Source of the DNA: the human T2T-CHM13v2.0 reference genome, Homo sapiens
Assembly (NCBI RefSeq): GCF_009914755.1
Contig: NC_060925.1
Reading direction: 5' to 3' (one strand)
DNA: 64,000 nucleotides
Notes under the pieces: model-generated
Told to the model about the DNA's origin: nothing
Database searches by the model: none
The model's input: the letters and a program-made list of their open reading frames with translations, nothing else
Translations under genes and position numbers: made by a program
Part shown: positions 53,131 through 64,000 of the stretch, piece by piece
Numbering within the stretch: the stretch's first letter is position 1
Layout: every line of letters begins with the position of its first letter

Positions 53131-56100
53131 ATGTATATGCATATGAATATGTATACTTTCTAGGGCTATGGTTTCCAGGTATAAAAATGGTAATTTAAAA
53201 GACTATTTAGTTGACTGTCTAAAACCCAGTGAACTCTGTAGTCTTTTAAATTACCATTTATATATCGCTACTCGCACCACTACTGCATAAGCCAACATTC
53301 TATGTGCATCAAATCTCAATCTAGTATGAATGAAATCATGTTAATTAGAATAATACTCCATGCTAGGGGTTTCACCCACCCAACTTATAATTAACGATGG
53401 TTGTACAATGACTGAGTTTTCTCTGTTCAAACTTTTTATAGAATGCCATGATGAGAGTATACTTTCTATGGCCTATATTAGCTCAGTTGCCTTCAAAATC
53501 CTGACCCTAAGGAAGGAGTCAGGTATTTGTATTGTGATGTGATCCATGAAAACAAGAGAGCAGAAGCAGAAGAACAAAAGACAGAAGAAAGGAAGAAACA
53601 GTGAGTTATCAAGCTTTTCATCAGTAGGAGAAAGTAGGTGTCAAGCAAGAGACTCACTGAGAAGCCAGGTTGGATCTTTTCCAACTTTTCTCTCTGAGAA
53701 ACAAAAATGTTTGTACACTAATGCCTCACCACCATTTTATTAAGTTTTGCTCCACAGGATGTTAAGATAGTTAAAATTTCCAAGTTTGTACATGTATATG
53801 AATATGTACATATATTATAGGCTTTCCCTCATGGTGGTGAAAGGGAGTTTTAGAAAATAAAGAGAGAAATATGCTAATCACAGCTAAAGTGAGATGTTGT
53901 CAAAATACATCTAGTCACCATAGCGACAAGTAAATAGTTGTCTTGAAAACAGTAGTTGAAGCACAAGAGATGTCCAATACCACTTCAGCTACCATAAAAG
54001 ACATGGACTTTTATGAGACTGATAAAATAAATTGAATTTTGTAAGACAATTTCAATGAGTGCAGATGGCAATTAATAGTTTGGAAAGGGCGTGATGGTTA
54101 ACAAAATTTTCACTGGCTTTGTCTGATTATATTATCATTATATTTTGGGAGAGACATATTGATGGTATTAAAATTTTATCATTGATTCAAAAGACAAAAA
54201 CAGTTGAATGAGTGTTCTAAACTCTGCTGCTATTTAGCACAAAAGCTGCTGTCAGAGTCAAAGTCACAACAACATTGATGGCAAGGGTTTTAATGTGTGA
54301 CACCTGATTACTTAGAGACTTACTATGCCATAGGATTCATGAATGTACACATAAAAAAGGTGAGGGAGATGGATCAAACTACCTGAAGGTAAACAAATTT
54401 TTACCAAGGACTTCTTTATAGTATTTCCTGTATTATAGAAACAAACGTGTTAAGTCCTTCCAGAAGCAAATGAGGAAAGTATCCTTGAAAGAAAACCTTC
54501 CAAGCATAACAATGACGTCTCATATTGAAGTAAAATGTATTTTTCGTTTGTTCTGAAAGACTTTATTGTATATAATAGAGAATGTTTTGTTTTAGAAACA
54601 CTGATTATTCCATTGTGGGATGCAGTATTTTCAAAAGATAAAGGATTAGAAAAAAATATTTAAAGAAACTGAATTTAAATATATATGGTACCATAAAAAA
54701 ATTCCATGTCATAAAATGCACAGAAAAACAGGGGTGAAATTGCTGTTTGCAGAAATAAAATAGTAGCATTTTATGGATTAGAGGAATTTTATGATGCTGC
54801 CTAATGATTTTCTTTGTTTGGCCAGTGTGCAAATGCTGCAGCATCCGTAGTTTTCCAGGTCTAAATTGAGAGTTTGCTCATACACATGGCTTTCCTCCAG
54901 TTATTTTATGAACCTCAAGCTTATTAGATTTCATGGTTGAAAATGCAGTTTCCTTAGATTTAAGGTGGCCCACATCACCTCAATGTGGATCATTTCTTTC
55001 ATATTGTACCTGTATTTAATGACTGTGTCTATAGATCACAAAATAAAGTGGTGACTTGGCAAGTACATATTTTGTCTATTTTATTTATGGCTCAAGAAGG
55101 GATCGTGAATGTCTAACTCCACCACAACCAAAGCCACTTAAAGCAAAGGAAACTAAGAACCAGGAAATTTAAAGAGTTTCTGTAAGGTTTCTTTACCGTC
55201 TAGTAAATTTATTTTGCCTTATTCCAAGATATATTGAGTAACTGCAAAGCTAAAATTAATGTATGTAAGATGCCAAATCATCTATACTGATAAGATTAAA
55301 CAAAAATATAAAAGTATATTAATTTCATTTTTAAAAAACAGAAAATTGAGGTGGAAAGAAAATGTGGAATCAGTCACTTTAAAAGTATTATTTCTTAGGT
55401 ATAAAAACAGAGCTCCAGAATGTGACATGACAGACCTAGGATCACATAGTTCATAGGGAATTATAACCTTAAACTAGTCACGTAAGTTTATTATCCTTTG
55501 TATGACAACATAACAGTACGTTTTAGTTTAAAGCCCTGAATTTCTAAATGTTTCTAGTAGCATCTCTGTGATAATTAAACATCTAACTATAAAGTAGAAA
55601 TAAAGAAATAACTTATTTTATAATAAATCTGTCATTTTTTTCAGAAGGAGAAAATAAGGCAATTATACTTTGATTACAGTAAGAAATCTTTTTAAAGATT
55701 ATTTTTCAAATAGAAAATTAAGCAGTTGGGTAAGTTAGACATTCTAATAAATATTAACTTTAAAAATATTTTCCACAGTATAAATTATTAAATTTAAAAG
55801 TTTTTTATGTAAATTAACAGGATATCAAGTATGTAATGTATTTTAGAATATGGAAGTTGTGCTTTTTAAGCCTGGTGCCCCAAAAATGCACTAGCAATTT
55901 TCACAAGGTATAAAGGCGGTGATTTTGCTGTCACTATATTGAAAATCGCTCAACATATCTCTTGTCTTTACTGGAAAAGCACTGTGAAAATCTATACTCT
56001 AAGATCCCAAGTTGAGATCCAGACATACAAAAAATAATGTATAGGGAATCATGTCCCAAGCTCTTGCAAAAGAGGAAAATGGGATGATCCAAAAAATGAC

Positions 56101-56358
56101 ACAGAGGAGAATCGTGGTGCAACAGGAAAAGACATTAATGGAAATAAAAAACAATAATGGCAAGAAGTATGGGAGGAAACTAAGAAGTATGAGTGTTGAC
56201 ATAGTTTATGAATGAGCCAAATCTCTTCAGGTTTATAATTTATGAAACATTTGCGGGCATCACGGGACTAAGAAACAACATTATTTCTAAGTGTAAACAC
56301 TGGATGCATTTTAAATATTTATCTATCTACCCATCTGATTATTTAGCTATTTATTGTA

Positions 56359-56501
56359 ACAGGGTCTACTCTGTTACTCGGGCTAGAATGCAGTGGCCTG
56401 AATATAGCCCACTGCAGCCTAGAACTCCTGGGCTCAAGTGATCCTCCATCTTGGGCTTTCCAAAGTGCTGAGGCTACAGGAGTGAGCTACTGTGCCTGGC
56501 C
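56359..56501 (-). mobile_element. Monomeric Alu (FRAM/AluJ-like)
   Basis: acagggtctactctgttac...ctcctgggctcaagtgatcctcc...tgtgcctggcc. Confidence 0.8.
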
Positions 56502-56804
56502 TTACTATTATTTTCAATGATACTCTTTATTTCATTTATCTCTTTCCCGTGTTTTGTCTCTTTTTTTTTCACTTTTTCCTTCTTCTTTGCTCTAGCTCTC
56601 CCTTCTTCCTTCCTTTTTTCCTCGTTTTGTTTCTTCCATCATTTCTTTTTTTCTCTTCATTTTGTACATGCTTACTTGAGAAGACCCAGTAAATTTTACC
56701 AGTGTAAAGGGCCTATTCAAATAATTTCAAGTCCTATACATTGACAACATTTAATAATGGATATTCACCAAATTCTGAGCGTGACTGTTCTTTGGCATTT
56801 TTTT

Positions 56805-56939
56805 AGGGTTGCCAAATACAATACAGGAAGACTAGTAACATTTGAATGTCAGATACACAAGTCAATTTTTAGTACAAGAATATCTCATGCAATATTAACT
56901 TGGTGTTAAATGTTTTGATTTGCTAAGCTGATGACCCTG
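56805..56939. mobile_element. MER53 hAT MITE with internal deletion
   Basis: agggttgccaaatacaatacagg...tttgaatgtcagata... tttgctaagctgatgaccct (terminal inverted repeats). Confidence 0.7.
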
Positions 56940-57049
56940 TTTATTTAGTCTACTAATATCTTATATAAAATAATAACAGTAATAGTAATAATAATTCACA
57001 TAGTAACTACTTTTTTTGGCCACACACATATGTGTTTTCTGATTTATGT

Positions 57050-57250
57050 AAGTTAAGAATCTGAGCTTTAAGAGCAGATACTTCTGAATTTTAATCAAAT
57101 GGGTGATCTGATCAAATCACTTACATCTTTCAGTTCATTTTTCTCATTTCAAAAATAGTAATAACGTTAGTAAAAGCTCCAGAGTCTTATTGTGAAAAAT
57201 AAATAATATTATATGTAAAGTAACACGGAGACTGTTCTTATTTGTAAGGT
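57050..57250 (+). mobile_element. MIR
   Basis: gttaagaatctgagctttaagagcagat...aaatcacttacatctttcagttcatttttctcatttcaaaaatag. Confidence 0.55.
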
Positions 57251-58298
57251 TATAATTTCAAAAATGAAATGAAATAAAATAAGATAAAGTTCTTCAATAA
57301 AGTATAACAACTTCCCCCCTTGTTATATCCATTAATTTCAAAGTCAGGGATAATAATTAGTTTGTTTATACATGAAGTGCCTTTGTCACTTAAAGAGGAA
57401 ATTAGGAGTTCACATACTGAGCCTGCAAAATTAGAAATCAGAACTTGGAGAGTTAAGAGATATTTTGAAAATATACTCTAGCAAAACAGAACAATCTGAA
57501 CTAAGAATAAGCTGGTCATTAAATCCTGTACTGTCAGTCAGACAAAATAGCAAATTTGAAAAAATATTCATAAATACTAATTGTCAAAGATTACAAGTTA
57601 TTCATCCAGAGTATACTACAAATGAAAGGTTTTATTACAGTCAGATTAGGTAAAGGGATATACTGCAACCTGCTTTCAAGAAACCACAATACAGTCTTGG
57701 AGAAAAGAAACCTAAACAATCATTGTAAAACAATGTAGTAAATATGGAGCTATAAATAGCCCAAATTACAAGGAAAATTTTAGTGTAAGTCATGTCTGAG
57801 TTTAGATTTTAAAATTAGCAGAAATTAATGGGAATGAAGGAATAAAAAAGACATATTCCAATCATGGGGAGAGCATGAGTAAAGTGTCAATATTATGCAC
57901 ACATGTTACTATAAAGAAATAAATACCCATGATCTAAAATGAGAAGAAGAAATCATCAAGAGATAAGGATAAAGAGTGTAGCATGTCCAAAGCAAATTAA
58001 TGATGGTATAATGTAATGTTTAAGAGCTCATTAACATTCAAATTTAAAGCATTATTTTGCCACTTGTTTCTGGGAAACTTTCTGCCATTGAAAGCTCCAT
58101 GAAAAAAAAGGGAAAAGATGTGAATAAAAGGTATGTAAAGCAAGAAGCACTTTGTGCTTTAGGGGTGGGGATAAATGATACTGAACATATTAATGATGGC
58201 TTAAGAATCATAGTTTCTTACATTATGAAATTTTCCTGGGATCTCTAGATGGTTATGCAAAACTGATATTTAGACTTAAAATATGAAACTTAAGGACT

Positions 58299-58888
58299 TG
58301 TATTAGAGTTTTCCAGAGAAGCAGAACCAATAGGATACACAGATAGATATATAGTTAGATAAATATATAGAGAGATACATAGATACACAGAGATACATAG
58401 ACAGATACATAGATAAATATATAGAAAGAGGTTTCTTATGAGAGATTAACTCATATGATTATGGAGACAAAGAAATCCCCAATCTGCCATCTGTAAATGG
58501 CAGGACTAAAAAAGCCAGTGTTGTAGTTCCAGTCCAAACCCAAGGGCCTGAGAACCAGGGGAGCCAGTAATGGAAGTTCTGGTCCAAGCCTGAAGACCAA
58601 AGGAACAGCAGTACTTATGGTTGATGCCCAAGGGTAGGAGAAAATAGATGTCCAAGATCAAACAAATTAAGAAAGTTCACCTTTCATCTACCTTTTTATT
58701 CTATTTGGACCCTTAGTGGATTGGATGATGGCCCCACACATTGCTGAGTACAATCTTCTTTACTCAGTTTATTGGTTCAAATGTTAATCTCTTCCAGAAA
58801 CACCCTCACGATAACCCAGAAAAAATGTTTTTCAGGCTATCTGAGCATGACAGCCCAGTCAAACTGACATATGATATTAACCATCACA
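58299..58888 (-). mobile_element. MLT2B-like ERVL LTR
   Basis: tgtattagagttttccagagaagcagaaccaatagga...aaatgttaatctcttccagaaacaccctcac...attaaccatcaca. Confidence 0.88.
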
Positions 58889-59139
58889 AGTCTGATGTGT
58901 TACCTAGCACTTTAATTTGAAGATAAATCAGTACATTGAGTAATTGTTGAAATACATTTCAGTTAAGAACCCATTTATTGCCTTATTCTAGCACAATGTG
59001 TAAAGGAGAAAGGATAAATTCAATAGATTGAAAAAGGACCTTTGGAGAACACGTATTTTAAATATTAGGCTAAGCTCTTTCTCTTTCTTTTTTCCTTCTC
59101 TTCTCTGCCTTGGAAGTTCCATCTTAAACACACTAAGTG

Positions 59140-60300
59140 GGGGGGAAAAACATGTAGGCATCTTGGGGAGGAGAGAAGGATCGACAAGGGTGGAGGACAG
59201 CTGGAGGCCTGAGAAGAATGTATAAGGTGTTTTCCCTAAGAGGCCTACGCTGGCACAGGGTGTCAGAGCCTGAGCAGTGAGAGAAGTGTTGGAGAGGGAT
59301 GGTCCAATTGGGAGCAGAGGTGGAGGTGCACTGGAATCCAAGCCCAATCATGAGAAGCATCTCCACAGATGAGTGCCCTTGTTTGTTGCATCAGAGTATA
59401 ATCAAGCTACAGGGCAAATCGGATGAAGTGGAGAAGCTCAGCATTGAATGTTGGAGTCTAGGTAGCTTGTGGAGAATATTCTTTCAGAGGAGAGTTTTAG
59501 AGTGAATGTTTGGAAACGGAGTGAGGTGAGAACACATATTGCAGGATGTCTCAATCCAGATGTACTAGGAAAGGTCTATTAAATAAGGGCACTCTGACAC
59601 TGACTGTCAGAGTCTAAATGTGGGAAAGGGGACTCTCATGAAGAGAGGCAGCTTAGCAAGGTGTGTCAGAACCCACGCAGGCCAATCAAGGTGTGGTGGT
59701 GCTACAAAGGGATCAGGCATCCACATGCAGGAGAAATTGGCTGTGGTGATGGAAGATTAGTGCTATATGGGCAGGGGATTTTAACAAATAATTAAATATC
59801 CCAAGAATAATGAGAGCTACATTTCTCACCCTCAGAATAGGAAATTACTATTATGGAAAATAAGTAAGCTAAAGTGAATACTATAGATTTGGATGTGAAT
59901 TGGAAGTACTGTTGCTAATGCTCATCATTGGTATAAAGAAATGGATGTAAGACCCCTGGAGATGTAAATGTGTATATTTTTGTATTATGTATAAATGTGT
60001 ATATATTCATACACATGAACTGGTGCCATAAGCATCCAATTCGTAACTTCTAAATATCGTTCTCCAACAAAAGCAACTAGTGCTTCTTGGAGAAATGACT
60101 GATTCCAAGGCACAAGGCCTGGAAAGAACAAGAAATTCAGGGTGACCATATAGATAGAGATATAAACATAGATATCCCTCAACATAAGGAAGTTCTAAGA
60201 AAATGATGGGTCAAAAGGAAGGTGCTCTCAGTAAGCAAATCTGCGACAATTTGAGAATCCAATAATTTAAAATAGTAGCAAACAGCAAATTGTAACAACG
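59140..60300 (+). mobile_element. L1MC4-like 3'UTR fragment
   Basis: G-rich tract followed by aataatgagagctacatttctcac and cttcttggagaaatgactgattcca motifs. Confidence 0.5.
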
Positions 60301-61084
60301 CATTTGTCAAAACTTTCAAGAAAAAAATCCCAGAATTCTACAAATGCCTTCAATATAATAAATATAATCAATTAGTATTATATGGTTGTAGAGATATAGC
60401 AATGCTTGACAGTAACTGTATGAAAATATATTTTGTACACAAAAACGTGCAAAATATCATTACAGATTATCATTAACTGTACTTGCAATCAATCTTGAAG
60501 ATAAGAAATATTAACTTTAAACCCAAATCAAGAGTATTTCTTTCTTTTCAGTGGATCTGTATTATAAAACAATTATTACATTTTGAATTCCAGCAACAAA
60601 AATTTGTGGCAATCTGTTTATATAAGTTCCTATGAATTATCTCCAATTCTACATCTGAGTCAACAATTCTTAAACAAATTATTATCTGTCCCTTTAGATA
60701 AAAATCTGCATACTTCTGTTTTGAATTAATTACATATTTTGGTAGGTATTGGTCATTTTACAAGATTAAATTTCAAATGTAGCAAATACATATTTCAGAT
60801 GCTTTTCCTAATCCATAAAGGAAAAAAAGAAAGAAACTCTCAAAAGACACTGGAGTTTAATAGAAATCATTTTCTATCAACATACTGTACTGTAGTAATA
60901 ATTTATCACTGTAGATATACTTGATCTATTGCAGCATAAGTACCAGTAAAATGATCTTCTAATGAGTATCAATATTTGTGCAGAGATGATGTAGAATGAG
61001 GCAGGAGAATAACCAAATGAAGATAGAGTTGCTGCTGCTTGAAATATATGAAGGACTTAAATGAACCAATCAAAATAACTACTG

Positions 61085-61768
61085 AGCAATCCAGCAATTG
61101 TGTTGGTATTCATCCAAATGTACTGGAAACTTATGTCTACACAAAAACCTGCATTTAGATGTTTATAGCAAATGTAATCATAAATATTTAAACTTGGAAG
61201 CAATCAAGATGTACTTTGGTAGGTGAATGGATAAATAAACTATGGTGCATTTAGACAATGGGATATAATATATTGCTAAAAAGAAATTAACTAAGCCATG
61301 AAAAGATATGGAGGAAACATAAATGCAAATTACTAAGTGGAAATAAGAGCATCTTAAAAGGCTACGTGGTATATGATTTCAACTACATGACATTCTGGGA
61401 AAGGAAAAGCTATGGAGACACTAAAAGGAGCTATGGTTGCCAGGGCTCATGGGAGAGGAAGGGAAGAATAGAGGAGAGATTATTTTTAGTAGAATGAAAC
61501 TATTATGTGTGGTATGATAATCATATACACATATCATTATATATTGTCCAAAACCATAGAATGCGCAACACCAAGAGTGAACTCTAATGTAAAGTATGGA
61601 ATTTGGGTGACAATACTGCATTAATATAGGTTCATTGAACATAACAAATATGCCGCTCTGGTGCAGGATAGGCTGTGCCCGTGTGGCAGCAGGAACTATA
61701 TGAGAATTCTGTACTTGACACACAGTTTTGCTTAAAACTGCTCTGCAAAATAAAGTTTATTTAAAAAT
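61085..61768 (+). mobile_element. L1MC1/2-like 3' end
   Basis: aaacttatgtctacacaaaaacctgca...aagccatgaaaagatatggaggaaac...aaaactgctct...aataaagtttatt. Confidence 0.85.
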
Positions 61769-62391
61769 ATCTACTGTGTGCCTTGCACAAGGATTGTAGT
61801 CAGAAGACACTTAATCATAATCATTCTTAATTATGTCTTAATTGTAGTCAGAAGGCACACAATCATAATGAATGTTTGATATCACATTGCATAATATCAG
61901 TTGTACTTACCATGCTAATCACTTGTTGCTGAATATAAAAGTAGAAGATTGTCAATACCATGTCTAATACTCATTCTCCTCATTACCCTGCTAACAATGT
62001 AGACCTAACTTGAAATTTTTTATAGCTAATTTATTACATAAGTTCATATTTAATTAACTCAAGTGAACTCAAAAAATATGGACCTACAAAATCGGAATAA
62101 AAGTTTCCTCTTTATAATACTGTACTTAAGATTAAATGGAATAATGTATTTTAAATAATCTAGCAAAACAATGATACTAATACTGCTCATATGTGACATT
62201 TTTGTGTGCTTTATTGCATCTTGTTCTTATTATAGTTATTTTTATTATAACTATTTTTAGCTAATAATAAAGAATTGTTCTATTATAACTATCATTATAA
62301 CTATAAAATCACTTATGATTTAGTTATTTTTGTTCCCACTTCCCTTTGCTTTTTTCTTCCTGTGTCTCAATTTTTGTAAAACTCCTGTCTC

Positions 62392-62456
<65 letters not shown>

Positions 62457-62464
62457 TTTCTTTC
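62392..62464. repeat. (TTTC)n microsatellite
   Basis: Direct observation. Confidence 0.95.
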
Positions 62465-63064
62465 AATTAAATGATTTTCTGTTTACCTCTCTTAAAATTT
62501 TAGGTATATAGCTACTTCTTTACATTTGTGATACAAAGGAGATATTTTCTTGAAAGTCAAATATGTAACATGAGATATGAAATCCTGGAGGAAAATGTCT
62601 AAATGCTGCTTTTCACCTTATCTGATGAGAAAGTACAGTACGAAAAATTTACGATTGAAAATGAGAAGTTAATGACTAAATTGCCTGAGGACAAAGAAGA
62701 ACTAATTTGACAGATAAGAAATTTATCGTGTTATCAAAAATAAAGCCCTTATAACAATCAATTATGCTTATACAAGTTCCTTGAATTTTGTGATTTGGAA
62801 AATGACATTGTATTGCTGTCATAAAATGTTAAACAGAATATAAAACACAGAAAACTGACATCTGAGTCAATACGGAGAGACCCCATGTCCCCCAGGAAAC
62901 ATCCTCTAACATTGAAGACAGCTTAAATTGGGAGCAGAAAGATGGGATGAGAAACAAGTTATCTATCATAATATAACTGATTATAATATATCTTAATAAA
63001 TGTTTGAAATTATTATTATAAAATAAATTTAAAATAAATTATTACACTTAGAAATTTTTAAAAT

Positions 63065-63109
63065 TTCCACTAAAATGGCAGAGTAAGAGAGTAGGAGATG
63101 CCAGTCTTA

Positions 63110-63155
<46 letters not shown>

Positions 63156-64000
63156 GTATATATATATATGACATAATAGCACAGGTAGGGCTCAAGGGCC
63201 CATTAAGGAATCTGCAACAGCACAGTAGAGCAAAAGAATATAAAGGAGAATAACCACATAGAAGGAATTGCTGGAGAGAGTGGCATACCTGAGATGGCAG
63301 GAGATGCCTAGGAGCAAAAAAGAAAGGTGGAGGCATTGGTATCAGCCATGTAGTGGGGACCACCATAGTCACCAGTGAACTCCTCGGCAGAGGACACCAG
63401 AAACTCTTGCCTCTGCAGTAGCCAACCATCATTTCTGCTGGGAAAAAACTTAGAGAGGTAGATATGGCTGCACTATCATCCAACTCCCAAGAAGCTGCTG
63501 CTGTTGAGTTGCTTTGGGAAAGGTGCCACCACCCAATCCAATCACATGCATGAGCTGACCCTACAGCTGTGACTTCTCCATAAGTGCCCACACCCAGACC
63601 CAGGCCCTGCAGTTGCACTGAGCCTGCCCATATCTCAGATATAAAGGCCATTATCAGTGAGCTACTTTGCACTCTAGACCCCAGAGCAAAGCCTTCACTA
63701 TGCATGCTCTCATTCCAGGTACTGTCTCAGCCACCATAGAAAGCCAGACTTGGCCCTAGCCCCAGAGGCGCACTCGGTTTGCATATGCCTATGCTCCCAT
63801 TCTTGGTTTCCTGGCTACTTCACAAATATTCACACCTTTTATACTCTTACCAAGGTGGTAGTAGGGGTGTCTGTGCCCTGGGATCCAGTGCAATTATTGT
63901 TCTGGTCCCAGAGCTGTAGTGTCACCACCTGTGCCTGTGCTCCAAGCCTCATTTCCATAGCCACTCTGTGGGTATTACTCACAGACACCAATGACACTGC
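63065..64000 (+). mobile_element. L1M 5'UTR (runs off the window), with (CA)n(TA)n at 63113-63169
   Basis: ttccactaaaatggcagagtaag resembles the L1 start (aagatggc); C/A-rich 5'UTR-like sequence follows. Confidence 0.55.

Noticed and set aside
63112-63705. 197-aa minus-strand ORF
   Set aside because: Antisense to a probable L1 5'UTR and ends in a (TG)n tract; no protein signature.

Overview
Primate (very probably human) AT-rich, gene-poor genomic DNA. No protein-coding gene, rRNA, tRNA or CRISPR array is supported; the ORFs in the track come from transposon remnants or low-complexity sequence. Much of the window is interspersed repeat: old L1M and younger L1PA LINEs, Alus, MIRs, MaLR/ERVL/ERV1 solo LTRs (including two divergently oriented ERV9 LTR12 promoter elements) and Tigger, MER53 and MER5 DNA transposons. 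The most notable structures are retrotransposition and rearrangement events readable from the sequence. (1) A ~1.56-kb L1PA-driven 3' transduction with a twin-priming inversion sits inside a Tigger2 transposase gene (47942-49521), with TSD, TTTT/AA site, poly(A) and AATAAA. (2) A 5'-inverted L1PA has a candidate 3' transduction (13506-15422). (3) A ~500-bp complex inversion with internal deletions splits an MST LTR (36557-37060). I see no novel protein-based system. Repeat subfamily names are by-eye calls from remembered consensus sequences and should be confirmed with RepeatMasker/Dfam.
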